Source: a virus
Lineage: Duplodnaviria > Caudoviricetes
Virus record (IMG/VR): IMGVR_UViG_3300025466_000048
Location: 1-53,455 of that record
DNA: 53,455 bases
Reading direction: 5' to 3' (one strand)
Shown here piece by piece: positions 18,727-29,341 of the stretch (position 1 is the first letter of the stretch; each line of letters opens with the position of its first letter). A model generated the notes under the pieces. The model did not search any database. It was not told the DNA's origin and saw nothing but the letters and a program-made list of their open reading frames with translations. The position numbers were made by a program, and so were the translations under genes.

Positions 18727-19728
18727 ATGCCTCAATTTTCAGATGATCTATTTTTGGGTACAGCCCAAGGCTACATTGGTACCAATGTAACCAACAGTGA
18801 AGCTGTTATCACTGGTTCCGTAACTGGCACCACAATGACAGTAACCGCAATGAACTCTGGTGACTCGCTCACCCTCGGACAGTATGTAAACGGAACTGGC
18901 ATTACAGCCAACTCTTACATTACTGCTTTTGTAACTGGTGCGGGTGGAACAGGTACTTACACGCTAAGTGCTTCATCATCAGCAACTGGTTCAATCACAA
19001 TTTACGCTTCAGGCAACTATGGCTTGCAAGATCCATCCCCAATGGAAGTTGGTGTTGGCCCCTTGGGTCGTGAGTATGTCTGGGATGTAATTCCTCAAAC
19101 ATTAAACACAAGCAACATTGCTGCGTCACAAACCCCTGCTGCTTCAGGCAACTTGACGCTGACCGCTGGTACTAATGCCAAGTCATTCCTTCGCAATGAT
19201 GGTACAACAGTCATTCAATTGGACACACCCCGTGCAGTTCAGTTGACTACAGCTTCTGGAACTATTTCCACTAGCCGTAACTTGACAGTGTCTGGATACG
19301 ATTATTACGGACAAGCAATGTCTGAAGTGATTGCTACAGGTACAACATCTTCTGCTGTTGCTAATGTCTCTGGCAAGAAAGCTTTCTACCAAATATCTAG
19401 CATTGCAATTAATGGTTCTTTGCCAGTGGCAATTACTGTTGGTACAACAGATATTTTAGGTTTTCCTTTGCGTGTATTTGACGCAGGCTACATTGTTCGT
19501 GTGGGTTGGAATAACACTCTAGCCAATGACACAGGTGGTAATAGCGCATTTACTGCAGCGGATTTGACCACACCTGCAACATCAACAACTGGTGATGTGC
19601 GCGGTACTTATGTGCCTTCTACGGCATCAAACGGTGTAAAACGTTTGGTCGTTGTGATTGCATTGCCTGGTATTGCAGCTGGCCCCAATGCAACACGCAC
19701 TGGTGCTCTTGGCGTAACTCAAGCCTAA
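18727..19728 (+). CDS. virion structural protein (head decoration/fibre-like)
   Basis: AAGGAG RBS; T/G/S-rich beta composition; ATSTTGDVRGT. Confidence 0.65.
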   Translation: MPQFSDDLFLGTAQGYIGTNVTNSEAVITGSVTGTTMTVTAMNSGDSLTLGQYVNGTGITANSYITAFVTGAGGTGTYTLSASSSATGSITIYASGNYGLQDPSPMEVGVGPLGREYVWDVIPQTLNTSNIAASQTPAASGNLTLTAGTNAKSFLRNDGTTVIQLDTPRAVQLTTASGTISTSRNLTVSGYDYYGQAMSEVIATGTTSSAVANVSGKKAFYQISSIAINGSLPVAITVGTTDILGFPLRVFDAGYIVRVGWNNTLANDTGGNSAFTAADLTTPATSTTGDVRGTYVPSTASNGVKRLVVVIALPGIAAGPNATRTGALGVTQA

Positions 19729-19740
19729 TAGGAGGGCATC

Positions 19741-21192
19741 ATGGGTCAATTTAAACCAATGGTAAAAATGTACACCGATGAGCCTTCAGTCATTCTGAAG
19801 CTCAAAAAAGGTGGAAAAGTGCATCACAAAGGCATGAAAGCCGAAGAGCATGGCCACAAATCCATGCACGAAGCTTCTGGTGGCATGATGCACGGTGCTC
19901 ATCACGCATTTGAGGCTGAGCATGGTAAGGCTCCTAAGAAGCCTTCTATGTCTGAGCGTCGTAAGGCAATGAACCCCAACCAATACAAAAAGGGTGGCAA
20001 GGTTGAGCACAAGCTTGACGGTGGCATGATGGGCGCTCCTATGGCTCCTATGGCTAGACCAGCAATTGCAGCGATGGATCCCCGTGCTCGCATGGCTCGC
20101 GCTGCAATGGTGAGAAAAGCATTGACTGGCATGAAAAAAGGCGGTCACATGGGCATGGAAAAGCACATTGAGAAGTTGGAGAAAGAACTCCATCATCACG
20201 AGTCTATGCCAATGGAAAAAGCTCATAAGATGCACCACAAGGCATCTGGTGGCGCTATTGACCGTGACGAGACCAAAACAACAATCAAGGGTAATGCGAA
20301 GAAATTCGAGAAAACCATGGTTGTTGATGGTCAACATCATGACAAGCACCATGGCACAGGCGAAATCCATGAAGGTAAACCAGCAGGTTACAAACACGGT
20401 GGCAAGACGCACAAAATGCATCACAAAGCCACTGGAGGCGCTATCCCTTCAGACACTCATGAGAAAGTCAACAAGGGCAAAATCAAGATGCATGGCACCA
20501 TTGAGGACAATGAGCATGACTACTTGAACACTGAGATGCACTCAGCCAAGCGTGACAAAGCGCATGGTACTGGTGGCATCAAGGAGTCCAACGCTGGTGG
20601 CTTCAAGCATGGCGGTAAAGCCCACAAGATGCATCATAAGGCTACTGGCGGTGCAATCCCAGCAGCAACCATGAAGGGCAAACAGGAAGGTCATTTCAAG
20701 CATGACACAGTGGAAGGCGGAGACTGGGAAAACCGTTCTGCTGACACTGCTACCGCAGGCAAGAAAATGGGTCACACTGGTGAAGTTCATGAGTCCAATG
20801 CAGGTGGATACAAGCATGGAGGCCACGCAGCAAAAAAGCACTACGCCACAGGGGGTAATGTAGTCGATGATGGTAAGGCAGTAAAAATGCCTCACCACTT
20901 CGTCAGCCGTCCTGTGGCTAACAGCTTGCAATCTGGTACTTTTAAAAAAGGTGGGCGTGCAACAAAAAAGTTTGATGGAGGTGGAAGCACCTCCGACGAC
21001 CAATTTGCACAAAAGGCTAACCAAGACTACGCAAACTGGGAAAAAGCCCAACGCGCTGAGAATGAAGCAGATAAAAATATGATTCCCAATGCTATCAAAA
21101 GCGGAGTGAATGCAATTAAGAATCTGTTTAGTTCTAAAGAAACTCCAAAAGCACCCGCTAAAAAACGTGGTGGCTCAATGAGAAAGTGTTGA
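19741..21192 (+). CDS. His/Lys/Gly-rich repetitive protein, probably internal head protein
   Basis: About 15 xxGG motifs; HKMHHKA(S/T)GGAI x3. Confidence 0.7.
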   Translation: MGQFKPMVKMYTDEPSVILKLKKGGKVHHKGMKAEEHGHKSMHEASGGMMHGAHHAFEAEHGKAPKKPSMSERRKAMNPNQYKKGGKVEHKLDGGMMGAPMAPMARPAIAAMDPRARMARAAMVRKALTGMKKGGHMGMEKHIEKLEKELHHHESMPMEKAHKMHHKASGGAIDRDETKTTIKGNAKKFEKTMVVDGQHHDKHHGTGEIHEGKPAGYKHGGKTHKMHHKATGGAIPSDTHEKVNKGKIKMHGTIEDNEHDYLNTEMHSAKRDKAHGTGGIKESNAGGFKHGGKAHKMHHKATGGAIPAATMKGKQEGHFKHDTVEGGDWENRSADTATAGKKMGHTGEVHESNAGGYKHGGHAAKKHYATGGNVVDDGKAVKMPHHFVSRPVANSLQSGTFKKGGRATKKFDGGGSTSDDQFAQKANQDYANWEKAQRAENEADKNMIPNAIKSGVNAIKNLFSSKETPKAPAKKRGGSMRKC

Positions 21193-21198
21193 GTAAGA

Positions 21199-21226
21199 TG
21201 GGAGGGCTTCGGCTCTCCCACTTTTT
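21199..21226 (+). terminator. intrinsic terminator
   Basis: TGGGAGGGC-TTCG-GCTCTCCCA + CTTTTT. Confidence 0.85.
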
Positions 21227-21237
21227 AAGGAAAAATT

Positions 21238-22032
21238 ATGAGTAACGGAATCACTGCGTCAATTACTAGGGCAGGTGCATATGAGCCATTTGACCTTCAA
21301 GTAGCTCGCGGTCAAATTTATGGACACAGCGTTGTTAGTTTGTTTGGTTACAACGGTGGTATTACATCGTCAACCGCTCCTACAACTGCACCAATTCCAA
21401 TGTGGGAAAACGCTACTGCGTATACTTTCCCCTCATCTGCTGCAGTTTTGACTGTTGTTAGTTCATCTACATCAGACAATACATCAGCTTCTATTTTAAT
21501 TACTGGATTAGACGCAAGTTATAACCCATTGTCAGAAACATTATTTTTAAATGGAACAACTGCTGTAACTTCTGTAAACAGTTACTACAGAGTTAATGGT
21601 GTAGCTTTAGTATCTGCTGGTACAAGCCAAGTTACTAATGTAGGAACAATTACCTTTAAACAAAGTACAAATATTGTTGCTCAAATAAACCCTAAAGTTG
21701 GTAAAAATCAAGCGAGCATTTATTCTGTTCCTAATGGGTATACATTTTATTTGAATGTAGTAGAAGTTAATTCTGATAATACATTGGGCAGTGGCAATGG
21801 AATGTATTACAACGTTCAACAAACAGTAAATGGTGTTCAATACAATGTATTGACTCAAGGCTTTAGTTCAGTTTATGTAATTGACAGATCTTCAGCACCA
21901 TTTGCATACCCACAAAAATCAGACATTCAATGGCAGATTGCAACAACCAGTTCAACTGCTATTTTGTCTGGAGCAATTATTATTGGTAAGTTAATTCAAA
22001 ACAATAACACCATAACTGGAGTGGGAACTTAA
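21238..22032 (+). CDS. virion structural protein (beta-rich)
   Basis: AAGGA RBS; [16 protein letters not shown]. Confidence 0.65.
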   Translation: MSNGITASITRAGAYEPFDLQVARGQIYGHSVVSLFGYNGGITSSTAPTTAPIPMWENATAYTFPSSAAVLTVVSSSTSDNTSASILITGLDASYNPLSETLFLNGTTAVTSVNSYYRVNGVALVSAGTSQVTNVGTITFKQSTNIVAQINPKVGKNQASIYSVPNGYTFYLNVVEVNSDNTLGSGNGMYYNVQQTVNGVQYNVLTQGFSSVYVIDRSSAPFAYPQKSDIQWQIATTSSTAILSGAIIIGKLIQNNNTITGVGT

Positions 22033-22034
22033 TC

Positions 22035-22220
22035 ATGCCTTTAACTAAATCTAAATCCAAAAAAGCTTTTGAGCACAACATTGAAGCTGAGATTCACGCA
22101 GGCAAGCCCCAGAAGCAGGCAGTGGCGATTGCCTACAGTGTAAAAAGACACGCTAAAAAGGCTCATGGTGGTAACGTTTCCACTCATCATGAGAATTCAA
22201 AACACAAAGGATGTTGGTAA
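22035..22220 (+). CDS. small basic protein
   Basis: [13 protein letters not shown] motif; KAHGG. Confidence 0.7.
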   Translation: MPLTKSKSKKAFEHNIEAEIHAGKPQKQAVAIAYSVKRHAKKAHGGNVSTHHENSKHKGCW

Positions 22221-22612
22221 TGAAGAACGGTCTTTATGCCAACATCCATAGAAAACAAGAGAGAATCGCTCATGGCTCTGGTGAAAAGATGCGTAAGGTC
22301 GGCTCTAAGGGCGCACCGACTGCTGAAGCTTTCCGTGAATCAGCTAAAACGGCTAAACTCAAAGAGGGTGGCCCATCTTTAGCCGTAGGACGGGGTGAGA
22401 AGCTCTCAGTTGAGCGCGGAGCAGGTCTGACAGCCAAAGGTAGGGAAAAGTACAATCGAGAGACTGGGAGCCATTTAAAGGCTCCTCAGCCTCAAGGTGG
22501 TGCTAGGAAAGATTCATTTTGTGCAAGAATGTCTGGGGTAGTGAAGCATGCTTCAGGTGACGCTCCAAGAGCGAAAGCGTCATTGAAGAGATGGAACTGC
22601 CCTGGTTGGTAA
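22220..22612 (+). CDS. basic hypothetical protein
   Basis: GLYANIH...GLTAKGR...RKDSFCARM...LKRWNC. Confidence 0.7.
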   Translation: MKNGLYANIHRKQERIAHGSGEKMRKVGSKGAPTAEAFRESAKTAKLKEGGPSLAVGRGEKLSVERGAGLTAKGREKYNRETGSHLKAPQPQGGARKDSFCARMSGVVKHASGDAPRAKASLKRWNCPGW

Positions 22613-22621
22613 GGATTAACA

Positions 22622-23695
22622 ATGGCCTATAGCGGTACAGTCGGTCAAACGGTCATAACCGTACAAAACTTTATTGACCAAGGCGCTCGCTTGTCGGGCA
22701 AACTGGCGGAAGAGTTGACGAGTGAGCAAGTTCAGGGTTCCAAACAAGCCTTGTTCTTTGTCCTTAGCAACCTGATCAATCAAGGCATTAACTATTGGGC
22801 TATCAATAAACAGGTTTATGGCCTTATTCCAGACCAGTACGAGTATTTGCTACCCGTAGGCGGTGTTGACGTCTTAAATGCGCTCTATCGCACGATGAAC
22901 CGCCCTAGCGGATCGTATTCATCAAGTTCTGGTGGAGTTGTTGCCAATATCTATGATGGAAATACCCAAACATATTGCCAACAATCGTCAGCAAATGGTA
23001 ATTTCACAGTCGATTTTGGTACAAATAACTCAATCTACATTGGCTCGATTGGCTTTATGCCATACGTTGCTAATAATGGTTCTGCAACTTGGAGCTATAA
23101 CTTCCAATATTCATATGATGGAACGACTTGGACGACGTTATATACAGCTAACAACGTAACTGTGTATGACGGACAGTGGATATGGCAAGACATTGACCCT
23201 GGGGCGACCGCAGAGTTTTACCGTTTTCAAGCAACAGGTGGTACAACTTTAGCGTTGCGTGAATGGTACCTTGGCAACAACTCCACTGAAGTCACGATGG
23301 CTCGATTGAACCGTGATGACTATACCAATCTGCCTAACAAGAATTTCACAGCCAATCAGCCTTATCAGTATTGGTTCAACAGGACAATTCCACAGGCAAC
23401 GATCACGTTATGGCCTGCCCCCTCTAATGCTTTTGTACAAATGACCATATGGTATTCACGTCAAATTGATGATGTTGGATCGCTGAATGGACAGTTGGAG
23501 ATTCCTCAGAGATGGAATCAAGCTATTCAATACTTACTAGCTCACCAGATGAGCTTGATCCTCCCTGCGGTTGATATTGCAAGAATTCAATACTTGGAAA
23601 CACAAGCCAATAATTACTTCATTATGGCTGAGAACGAAGAGCGAGACCGTTCGCCAATATATTTTTCGCCGAACATTTTGCCGTACACAAGGTAA
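22622..23695 (+). CDS. head-tail adaptor-like protein with inserted beta-sandwich domain
   Basis: NQGINYW, LNRDDYTNLPNK..PYQYWF, ITLWPAP; contains 16-bp sites at 22932(-) and 23271(+). Confidence 0.6.
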   Translation: MAYSGTVGQTVITVQNFIDQGARLSGKLAEELTSEQVQGSKQALFFVLSNLINQGINYWAINKQVYGLIPDQYEYLLPVGGVDVLNALYRTMNRPSGSYSSSSGGVVANIYDGNTQTYCQQSSANGNFTVDFGTNNSIYIGSIGFMPYVANNGSATWSYNFQYSYDGTTWTTLYTANNVTVYDGQWIWQDIDPGATAEFYRFQATGGTTLALREWYLGNNSTEVTMARLNRDDYTNLPNKNFTANQPYQYWFNRTIPQATITLWPAPSNAFVQMTIWYSRQIDDVGSLNGQLEIPQRWNQAIQYLLAHQMSLILPAVDIARIQYLETQANNYFIMAENEERDRSPIYFSPNILPYTR

Positions 23696-23697
23696 GC

Positions 23698-24084
23698 ATG
23701 CCACGCTTTCTAGACACCACAGGAAACGCAGTAATTGCAATCTTTATTTGCGATAGGTGTCGTTTCAAAAGACCAATTATTCAGGCTATGCCTGATCCGA
23801 ATTTCCCTGGTCTACGGGTGTGTCAAGAAGGGTGTGCAGATCAAAAAGATCCCTATCGCTTACCTGCGAGAAAGACGGAAAGAATCACGTTGCAATTTCC
23901 ACGTCCTGATGTCAGTGTCGCAACGAATGACAACGGTTTGGTGGTAACTCCAACAGGAACTAACATCCCTCTTGGCAATCCTACTGAGGTGTACATCAGC
24001 ACACAAAATGGAACAACTATTCCCCAACAAACAGGCAACACCGATATAATTAGTCCAAGCCCTAACCCATCTACGAGCCAATAA
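23698..24084 (+). CDS. conserved CDRC-motif protein
   Basis: ICDRCRF...VC..C.D...PRPD. Confidence 0.65.
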   Translation: MPRFLDTTGNAVIAIFICDRCRFKRPIIQAMPDPNFPGLRVCQEGCADQKDPYRLPARKTERITLQFPRPDVSVATNDNGLVVTPTGTNIPLGNPTEVYISTQNGTTIPQQTGNTDIISPSPNPSTSQ

Positions 24085-24085
24085 T

Positions 24086-26113
24086 ATGAGTGGACAAGTA
24101 ACAATTCTTCAGTTGCCAACCGCGTCTGCATTGTCAGGGAATGAATCCGTACCCATCGTTCAGAATGGCGTTACTGTTCAAACCACGACAGGGTTAATTG
24201 CTAACCAACCCACTCAAACGCAAACTTTTTTGACTGTTGGACAACAACCAAGCTTAGCCAATAGTCGTCAGATTGCGGTATCTACAGGGTTATCTTTTAC
24301 TGATGGTGGTGCTCAAGGTAGCTACACCATAGCAGTGACAGGCGCTCTAGCGTCATTAATCAGTTCAGGTACAGGGATTCAAGTCAAGACAGGAGCATCC
24401 ACGCTGACATCACGTCAGATCACTGTCAACTCAGGGTTGTCAATCACCAATCCTGATGGCGTGAGTGGTAATCCTACGATCAGTCTCTCCACCCTTTTGC
24501 AGAACTTCAACAGCGTCAGTGGAACAGGTTTATTGGCTCTTAATGGCACCGCAGTGAGCGTCACAGGGGTGACAGGTGTAGGCGGTCAAGTATCAGTTAC
24601 AAACGGCACTACAGCCCCACAAATCGGTCTTGCAACCACTTCGGTAACCGCAGGTACTTACACCGCCCCAACGATCACTGTTGATGCATATGGACGGATT
24701 ACTTCAGCGACGACTGTGAGTTATTTAACTCAGATCACCGCAGGAACAGGGCTTTCAGGTGGAGTTATCACAGGTTCAGGAACAATTTCCTTAGCGACTG
24801 TGGGAACTGCAGGTACATATGGTGACTATTCAAGAGTTCCTGTGTTCACCACGAATGCTTATGGTCAGATCACAGGCGTTACCAACACATCAATATCCAT
24901 CTCAGCAAACCAAGTCACAAGTGACATTTTGCCGATTGCACGAGGTGGTACAAACAATAACGCAACTCCTACGTCAGGAACTGTTGTCTATGGAAATGGG
25001 ACTGCACTTGCCTATACTTCCGTGGGAGCTTCTGGACAAGTTTTAACAAGTCAAGGTTCAGGCGCTCCAATATGGACGAGCGTTGGTGGAACAGGTACGG
25101 TGACCACGGTTTCAGTTGTATCAGCAAATGGATTTGCAGGAACAGTAGCAACCGCAACAACAACCCCTGCAATTACACTGACCACAACCGTCACAGGAAT
25201 CATCAAGGGTAATGGAACTGCGATAAGCTCGGCTACCGCAGGGACTGATTACCTTGCGCCTCCAAGTGGAACGGCAATTCTCAAAGCCAATAGCGGTGGG
25301 GCATTAGCAAATGCTGTTTCAGGAACTGATTATGCTCCACCCACATCAGGCACTTCCATTCTTTATGGTAATAACACAGGTGGATTCAGCAACGTCACCA
25401 TAGGTTCAGGGGTGAGCTTTAGCGCAGGTACATTGTCCGCAACAGGTACAGGTGGAACGGTTACTTCAGTATCGTTTACAGGTGGTATTGTCAATGTAGC
25501 TACATCCACCACGACGCCTGCGTTAACTGTTGCAGGTACATCAGGTGGTATTGTTTATTTCTCAAGCGCAAGCACATGGGCGTCAAGTTCACTCTTGTCT
25601 GCAAACGCATTGATGGTTGGAGGTGGTGCAGGGTCTGCTCCAAGTACCATCACAACAGGAACAGGTGTAGTAACCGCTTTAGGCGTGAATACAGGCTCTG
25701 TAGGCGCTTTTGTAGTGAATGGTGGAGCGTTGGGTACTCCAAGCTCTGGAACCGTCACAAACCTCACGGGAACTGCTTCTATCAACATCAATGGAACAGT
25801 AGGCGCAACAACTCCAACAACTGGAGCGTTTACCACTGTTTCAGCGTCTGGACAGATTACTTCTACAGTGGCAACGGGAACAGCACCTTTTGTAGTCTCA
25901 AGCACGACTCAAGTGGCAAACTTAAACGCGGCTACCGCAGGAACCGCAACCAATGCGACTAATGTGGCAATTACAACTGGATCAGGTGCTACAAATTATC
26001 TGTACTTTGGCCCTGTATCTAGTGGTAATTCTGCTACCAACATTAACGCATCTTTGACTTACAATTACACCAATAACGCCATTACAAGTGGCATCAACGG
26101 GGGAACATTCTAA
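24086..26113 (+). CDS. tail fibre protein
   Basis: G/T/S-rich repeats: TVDAYGRITSA, GTGGTVTSV, GTDY. Confidence 0.75.
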   Translation: MSGQVTILQLPTASALSGNESVPIVQNGVTVQTTTGLIANQPTQTQTFLTVGQQPSLANSRQIAVSTGLSFTDGGAQGSYTIAVTGALASLISSGTGIQVKTGASTLTSRQITVNSGLSITNPDGVSGNPTISLSTLLQNFNSVSGTGLLALNGTAVSVTGVTGVGGQVSVTNGTTAPQIGLATTSVTAGTYTAPTITVDAYGRITSATTVSYLTQITAGTGLSGGVITGSGTISLATVGTAGTYGDYSRVPVFTTNAYGQITGVTNTSISISANQVTSDILPIARGGTNNNATPTSGTVVYGNGTALAYTSVGASGQVLTSQGSGAPIWTSVGGTGTVTTVSVVSANGFAGTVATATTTPAITLTTTVTGIIKGNGTAISSATAGTDYLAPPSGTAILKANSGGALANAVSGTDYAPPTSGTSILYGNNTGGFSNVTIGSGVSFSAGTLSATGTGGTVTSVSFTGGIVNVATSTTTPALTVAGTSGGIVYFSSASTWASSSLLSANALMVGGGAGSAPSTITTGTGVVTALGVNTGSVGAFVVNGGALGTPSSGTVTNLTGTASININGTVGATTPTTGAFTTVSASGQITSTVATGTAPFVVSSTTQVANLNAATAGTATNATNVAITTGSGATNYLYFGPVSSGNSATNINASLTYNYTNNAITSGINGGTF

Positions 26114-27540
26114 TGTCCGCAACAGGTTACACACCGATCATACTGCTCAACAGTACAACTTCTGGCAACACTCCAACGACAAGTAATCTTGCTGTCGGTG
26201 AATTAGCAATTAATATTGCTGATGGTAAGTTATTTTTCAACCAATCTGGGACTATTAAAGTTCTAGCCAATGCAACTTATGCAACAAGCGTAAGTACGAT
26301 TTCTTTTGGTACTACTGGTCTCACACCCAGTACAGCTACAAATGGCGTGGTGACCGTTGCAGGCACATTGGTAACAACTAATGGTGGTACTGGACTATCA
26401 ACCTACACCGCAGGTGATTTGCCTTACTATGCGTCTGGTACAGCATTATCCAAATTGGGGATAGGTTCTAGCGGTCAAATTCTTACTTCAACTGGTTCTG
26501 CACCGCAATGGTCAACATTGTCAGGCGTTGCAGTTACTACATTCAGCGCAGGGACAACAGGATTTACGCCTTCTACTGCAACAAGTGGTGCTGTTACTCT
26601 TGCAGGCACACTAGGAACTACCAATGGCGGCACAGGACTAACATCATTTACAGCAAATGGTGTGGTGTATGCGTCTAGTACAAGTGCTTTGGCTACTGGT
26701 TCTAATTTAGTATTTGATGGAAGTAATTTGGGTGTTGGAACTACAAGTCCTAGCAGTTACGGAAAAACTTCTATCCGAGGTTATGTTAATGTTTCTGGTC
26801 AAGGAAATGTATCGTTAAATTTATCTGATGCCTTGACAAGCGATTTCTCTTTTGTTCATGCTAGTGGTGTTGCAACAATGATGGTTCCAGGGCCACAAGC
26901 CCTTGCTTTTGCTACAAACGCTACAGAACGGATGCGTATAGACTCTAGTGGTAACTTGTTAGTGGGGACTACTACTGTTTCAAACAGTTCAATCGCAACT
27001 TTTTACAAAACGGCAACAGCATCAAATCAACGAGTTGCCACTTTTATAAATAACGGGACATCTGGGTCAACTACTGCCGCTGGAATTATTATTTCTTACC
27101 CTAACGCTTCTAGCGGTAATGGTTCAACTTTTATTCAATGTTCAGACAGTAATACAGATAGATTTTATGTTTTGGGAAGCGGGAATGTTCAAAACGCAAA
27201 CAACAGTTATGGCGCTATATCTGACGTTAAATTAAAAGATAACATTACAGATGCTACTCCTAAACTTGCTGACTTACTTAAAGTTCAAGTGAGAAACTAC
27301 AACCTTAAATCAGACCCATCACATAAACAATTGGGTGTAGTAGCACAAGAACTTGAACAGGTATTCCCATCAATGGTTGAAGAATCTTCAGATAAAGATA
27401 TTGAAGGCAACGACCTTGGCACAACAACAAAATCAGTAAAGTATTCTGTGTTTGTCCCTATGCTCATAAAAGCAATTCAAGAACTTAACGCAGAAATTCA
27501 ATCACTCAAGGCTGAAGTAGCCGCACTCAAAGGAGCTTAA
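26113..27540 (+). CDS. tail fibre with C-terminal peptidase S74 intramolecular chaperone
   Basis: SDVKLKDNI...GVVAQEL...LIKAIQEL; ERMRIDSSGN. Confidence 0.85.
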   Translation: MSATGYTPIILLNSTTSGNTPTTSNLAVGELAINIADGKLFFNQSGTIKVLANATYATSVSTISFGTTGLTPSTATNGVVTVAGTLVTTNGGTGLSTYTAGDLPYYASGTALSKLGIGSSGQILTSTGSAPQWSTLSGVAVTTFSAGTTGFTPSTATSGAVTLAGTLGTTNGGTGLTSFTANGVVYASSTSALATGSNLVFDGSNLGVGTTSPSSYGKTSIRGYVNVSGQGNVSLNLSDALTSDFSFVHASGVATMMVPGPQALAFATNATERMRIDSSGNLLVGTTTVSNSSIATFYKTATASNQRVATFINNGTSGSTTAAGIIISYPNASSGNGSTFIQCSDSNTDRFYVLGSGNVQNANNSYGAISDVKLKDNITDATPKLADLLKVQVRNYNLKSDPSHKQLGVVAQELEQVFPSMVEESSDKDIEGNDLGTTTKSVKYSVFVPMLIKAIQELNAEIQSLKAEVAALKGA

Positions 27541-27542
27541 TT

Positions 27543-27902
27543 ATGTCTAACAACACTTACAACTGGATCGTGGAAGCAATGGATTGCTATCCCACATATG
27601 AATCACAAACAGACGTAGTATTTACAGTCCACTGGCGTTGCTACGCAACATCAGACCAAACGCACGTTGTCAATGGTCAGACTGTGCCTTATACAGCGAC
27701 TATATACAGCACGCAAGGGTTGACCTACACAGCGGGTTCACCTTATACGCCCTACGCACAACTTACACAACAACAAGTGCTAGGATGGATTTGGGCTAGT
27801 GGCGTGTCAGAAACAGGCACACAGACTGCGCTAGATAACATGATTAACGCACAGATCAATCCTACTGTGGTTACGCCTAAATTGCCTTGGCAAACGGCAT
27901 GA
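27543..27902 (+). CDS. tail-fibre-associated protein
   Basis: VVFTVHWR, PYAQLT..VLGW, LPW end; AAGGAG RBS. Confidence 0.65.
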   Translation: MSNNTYNWIVEAMDCYPTYESQTDVVFTVHWRCYATSDQTHVVNGQTVPYTATIYSTQGLTYTAGSPYTPYAQLTQQQVLGWIWASGVSETGTQTALDNMINAQINPTVVTPKLPWQTA

Positions 27903-27987
27903 CAAAAGTAATCAAGTTTATTTGTCATCCAATGGTGGCTTTTATAATTGGTTACGCAATGGGAATTTTAATTTCTAAAGGATAAAA

Positions 27988-28146
27988 ATGGACAAAGTAA
28001 CTTTATCAACCACACTCGTGAATAACATCATGGCTTACCTTGGAACACGCCCATTCCAAGAAGTGTTCCAATTGATTGATGCTGTGCAAAAAGAAGCTCA
28101 GGCACAAACTTCTGTGGCAACAACTCCACCTGAAACCAATGTCTGA
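27988..28146 (+). CDS. small hypothetical protein, 52 aa (not in ORF track)
   Basis: AAGGA RBS; YLGTRPFQEVFQLI; tail encoded by a perfect 16-bp site at 28114..28129. Confidence 0.7.
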   Translation: MDKVTLSTTLVNNIMAYLGTRPFQEVFQLIDAVQKEAQAQTSVATTPPETNV

Positions 28147-28333
28147 TACTGAGAAAGACTTGGCCGTCCACATTGCAGTCTGCGATGAGCGCTACCGCAA
28201 CATTGAGCAATCGTTGAAAAGTGGCGAAAGGCGCATGACCAAGATCGAGTATTTGATCTATGCTGTCATGGCAATGGTCATGTTTGGGCCAGGGGTTGCG
28301 GCATCGTTCTTTCATAAAGTTTTTGGGTTGTAA
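28139..28333 (+). CDS. small membrane protein, holin-like candidate
   Basis: HIAVCDERY, coiled coil, one C-terminal TM; in lysis region. Confidence 0.6.
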   Translation: MSDTEKDLAVHIAVCDERYRNIEQSLKSGERRMTKIEYLIYAVMAMVMFGPGVAASFFHKVFGL

Positions 28334-28335
28334 AA

Positions 28336-29058
28336 ATTGATCCATTCACCCTTGTCGCTCTGGCAACTTCGGCGTTTAAACTCGTCAAAGAATCCTGTGA
28401 AATGTACAAGGAGGGACGGCAGTTCGTTGTTGATGCCAAGAAAGAGATTGACGGAGTTGTGGGTGATATCAAGGGCATACAAAAAGATGCTCAAGGAATA
28501 TTTGGGTTTTTCAAAAAACTTTTTGGCGTTCAACAAGAAACTCAAAAGCAACAAACTCAAGTCGGATCTGCTCCTGTTAAAAAGACCAAAAAGAAAGCGG
28601 TCGAGTTTGATGAAAATCAAATTTATGCCCAAGTCGCAGATGCCCTCACCAAGTTTTTTCACGCTTACAACGGCTTAAAGGCTTACACAAAAGAGCAAGA
28701 AGAGTTGGCGCTGACTGCCAACAACGAAGAAGGAAATGATATTGCGATCAAGTTGGTTATTGCTAACTTACAGATGGAAAAGTTGAATGAAGAGATGAGG
28801 GAGTACATGGTCTACCATGTGCCTCCTGAGATGAAGGACTTGTACAGTCGGGTGAATAAAATGATTGGGCATATTGCCAATCAGCAAGCATTAGCACGAA
28901 AGGCGGAGCTAGACAAGAAACGGAAAGCGCAATGGCTAAAGCGTCAAAGAGCGGAGGAATTCCAAGACAAAGCAATAGCTACAGTAATAACGTTTCTGAT
29001 GATAGCGTGGATATGGGGAATGATGATGATCGTTCGTTCTACATCTACGTCATCGTGA
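28336..29058 (+). CDS. coiled-coil membrane protein (possible ATT start; first ATG at 28402)
   Basis: IDPFTLVALATSAF in frame upstream of the ATG; C-terminal TM. Confidence 0.6.
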   Translation: MDPFTLVALATSAFKLVKESCEMYKEGRQFVVDAKKEIDGVVGDIKGIQKDAQGIFGFFKKLFGVQQETQKQQTQVGSAPVKKTKKKAVEFDENQIYAQVADALTKFFHAYNGLKAYTKEQEELALTANNEEGNDIAIKLVIANLQMEKLNEEMREYMVYHVPPEMKDLYSRVNKMIGHIANQQALARKAELDKKRKAQWLKRQRAEEFQDKAIATVITFLMIAWIWGMMMIVRSTSTSS

Positions 29059-29167
29059 TTTTGATGATTGTGATTTTGTTGTTTATCCCTCTTTTGTCAT
29101 GGATGTATATTGATATCAAGATGATGGAGATTAGAGTCAACAAAGCTCTTGCAAGGATTGAAGGAAA

Positions 29168-29341
29168 ATGAAGTGGTTGCTATTAACTCTTTTGTTGGTG
29201 TCTTGTGAAGACCATTGGAGATATTTTTGCCAGAACCCAGAAAATTGGGAAAAGGTTGACTGCAAGCCTCCTATTTGTGTGGCCAAACAAAATTGCCCAG
29301 AATTTTTTAATAAACCAAAAAATGGCACACAAAACCCCTGA
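29168..29341 (+). CDS. small Cys-rich lipoprotein, 57 aa (not in ORF track)
   Basis: MKWLLLTLLLVS-C lipobox; YFCQNPENW..DCKPPIC...CP. Confidence 0.7.
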   Translation: MKWLLLTLLLVSCEDHWRYFCQNPENWEKVDCKPPICVAKQNCPEFFNKPKNGTQNP

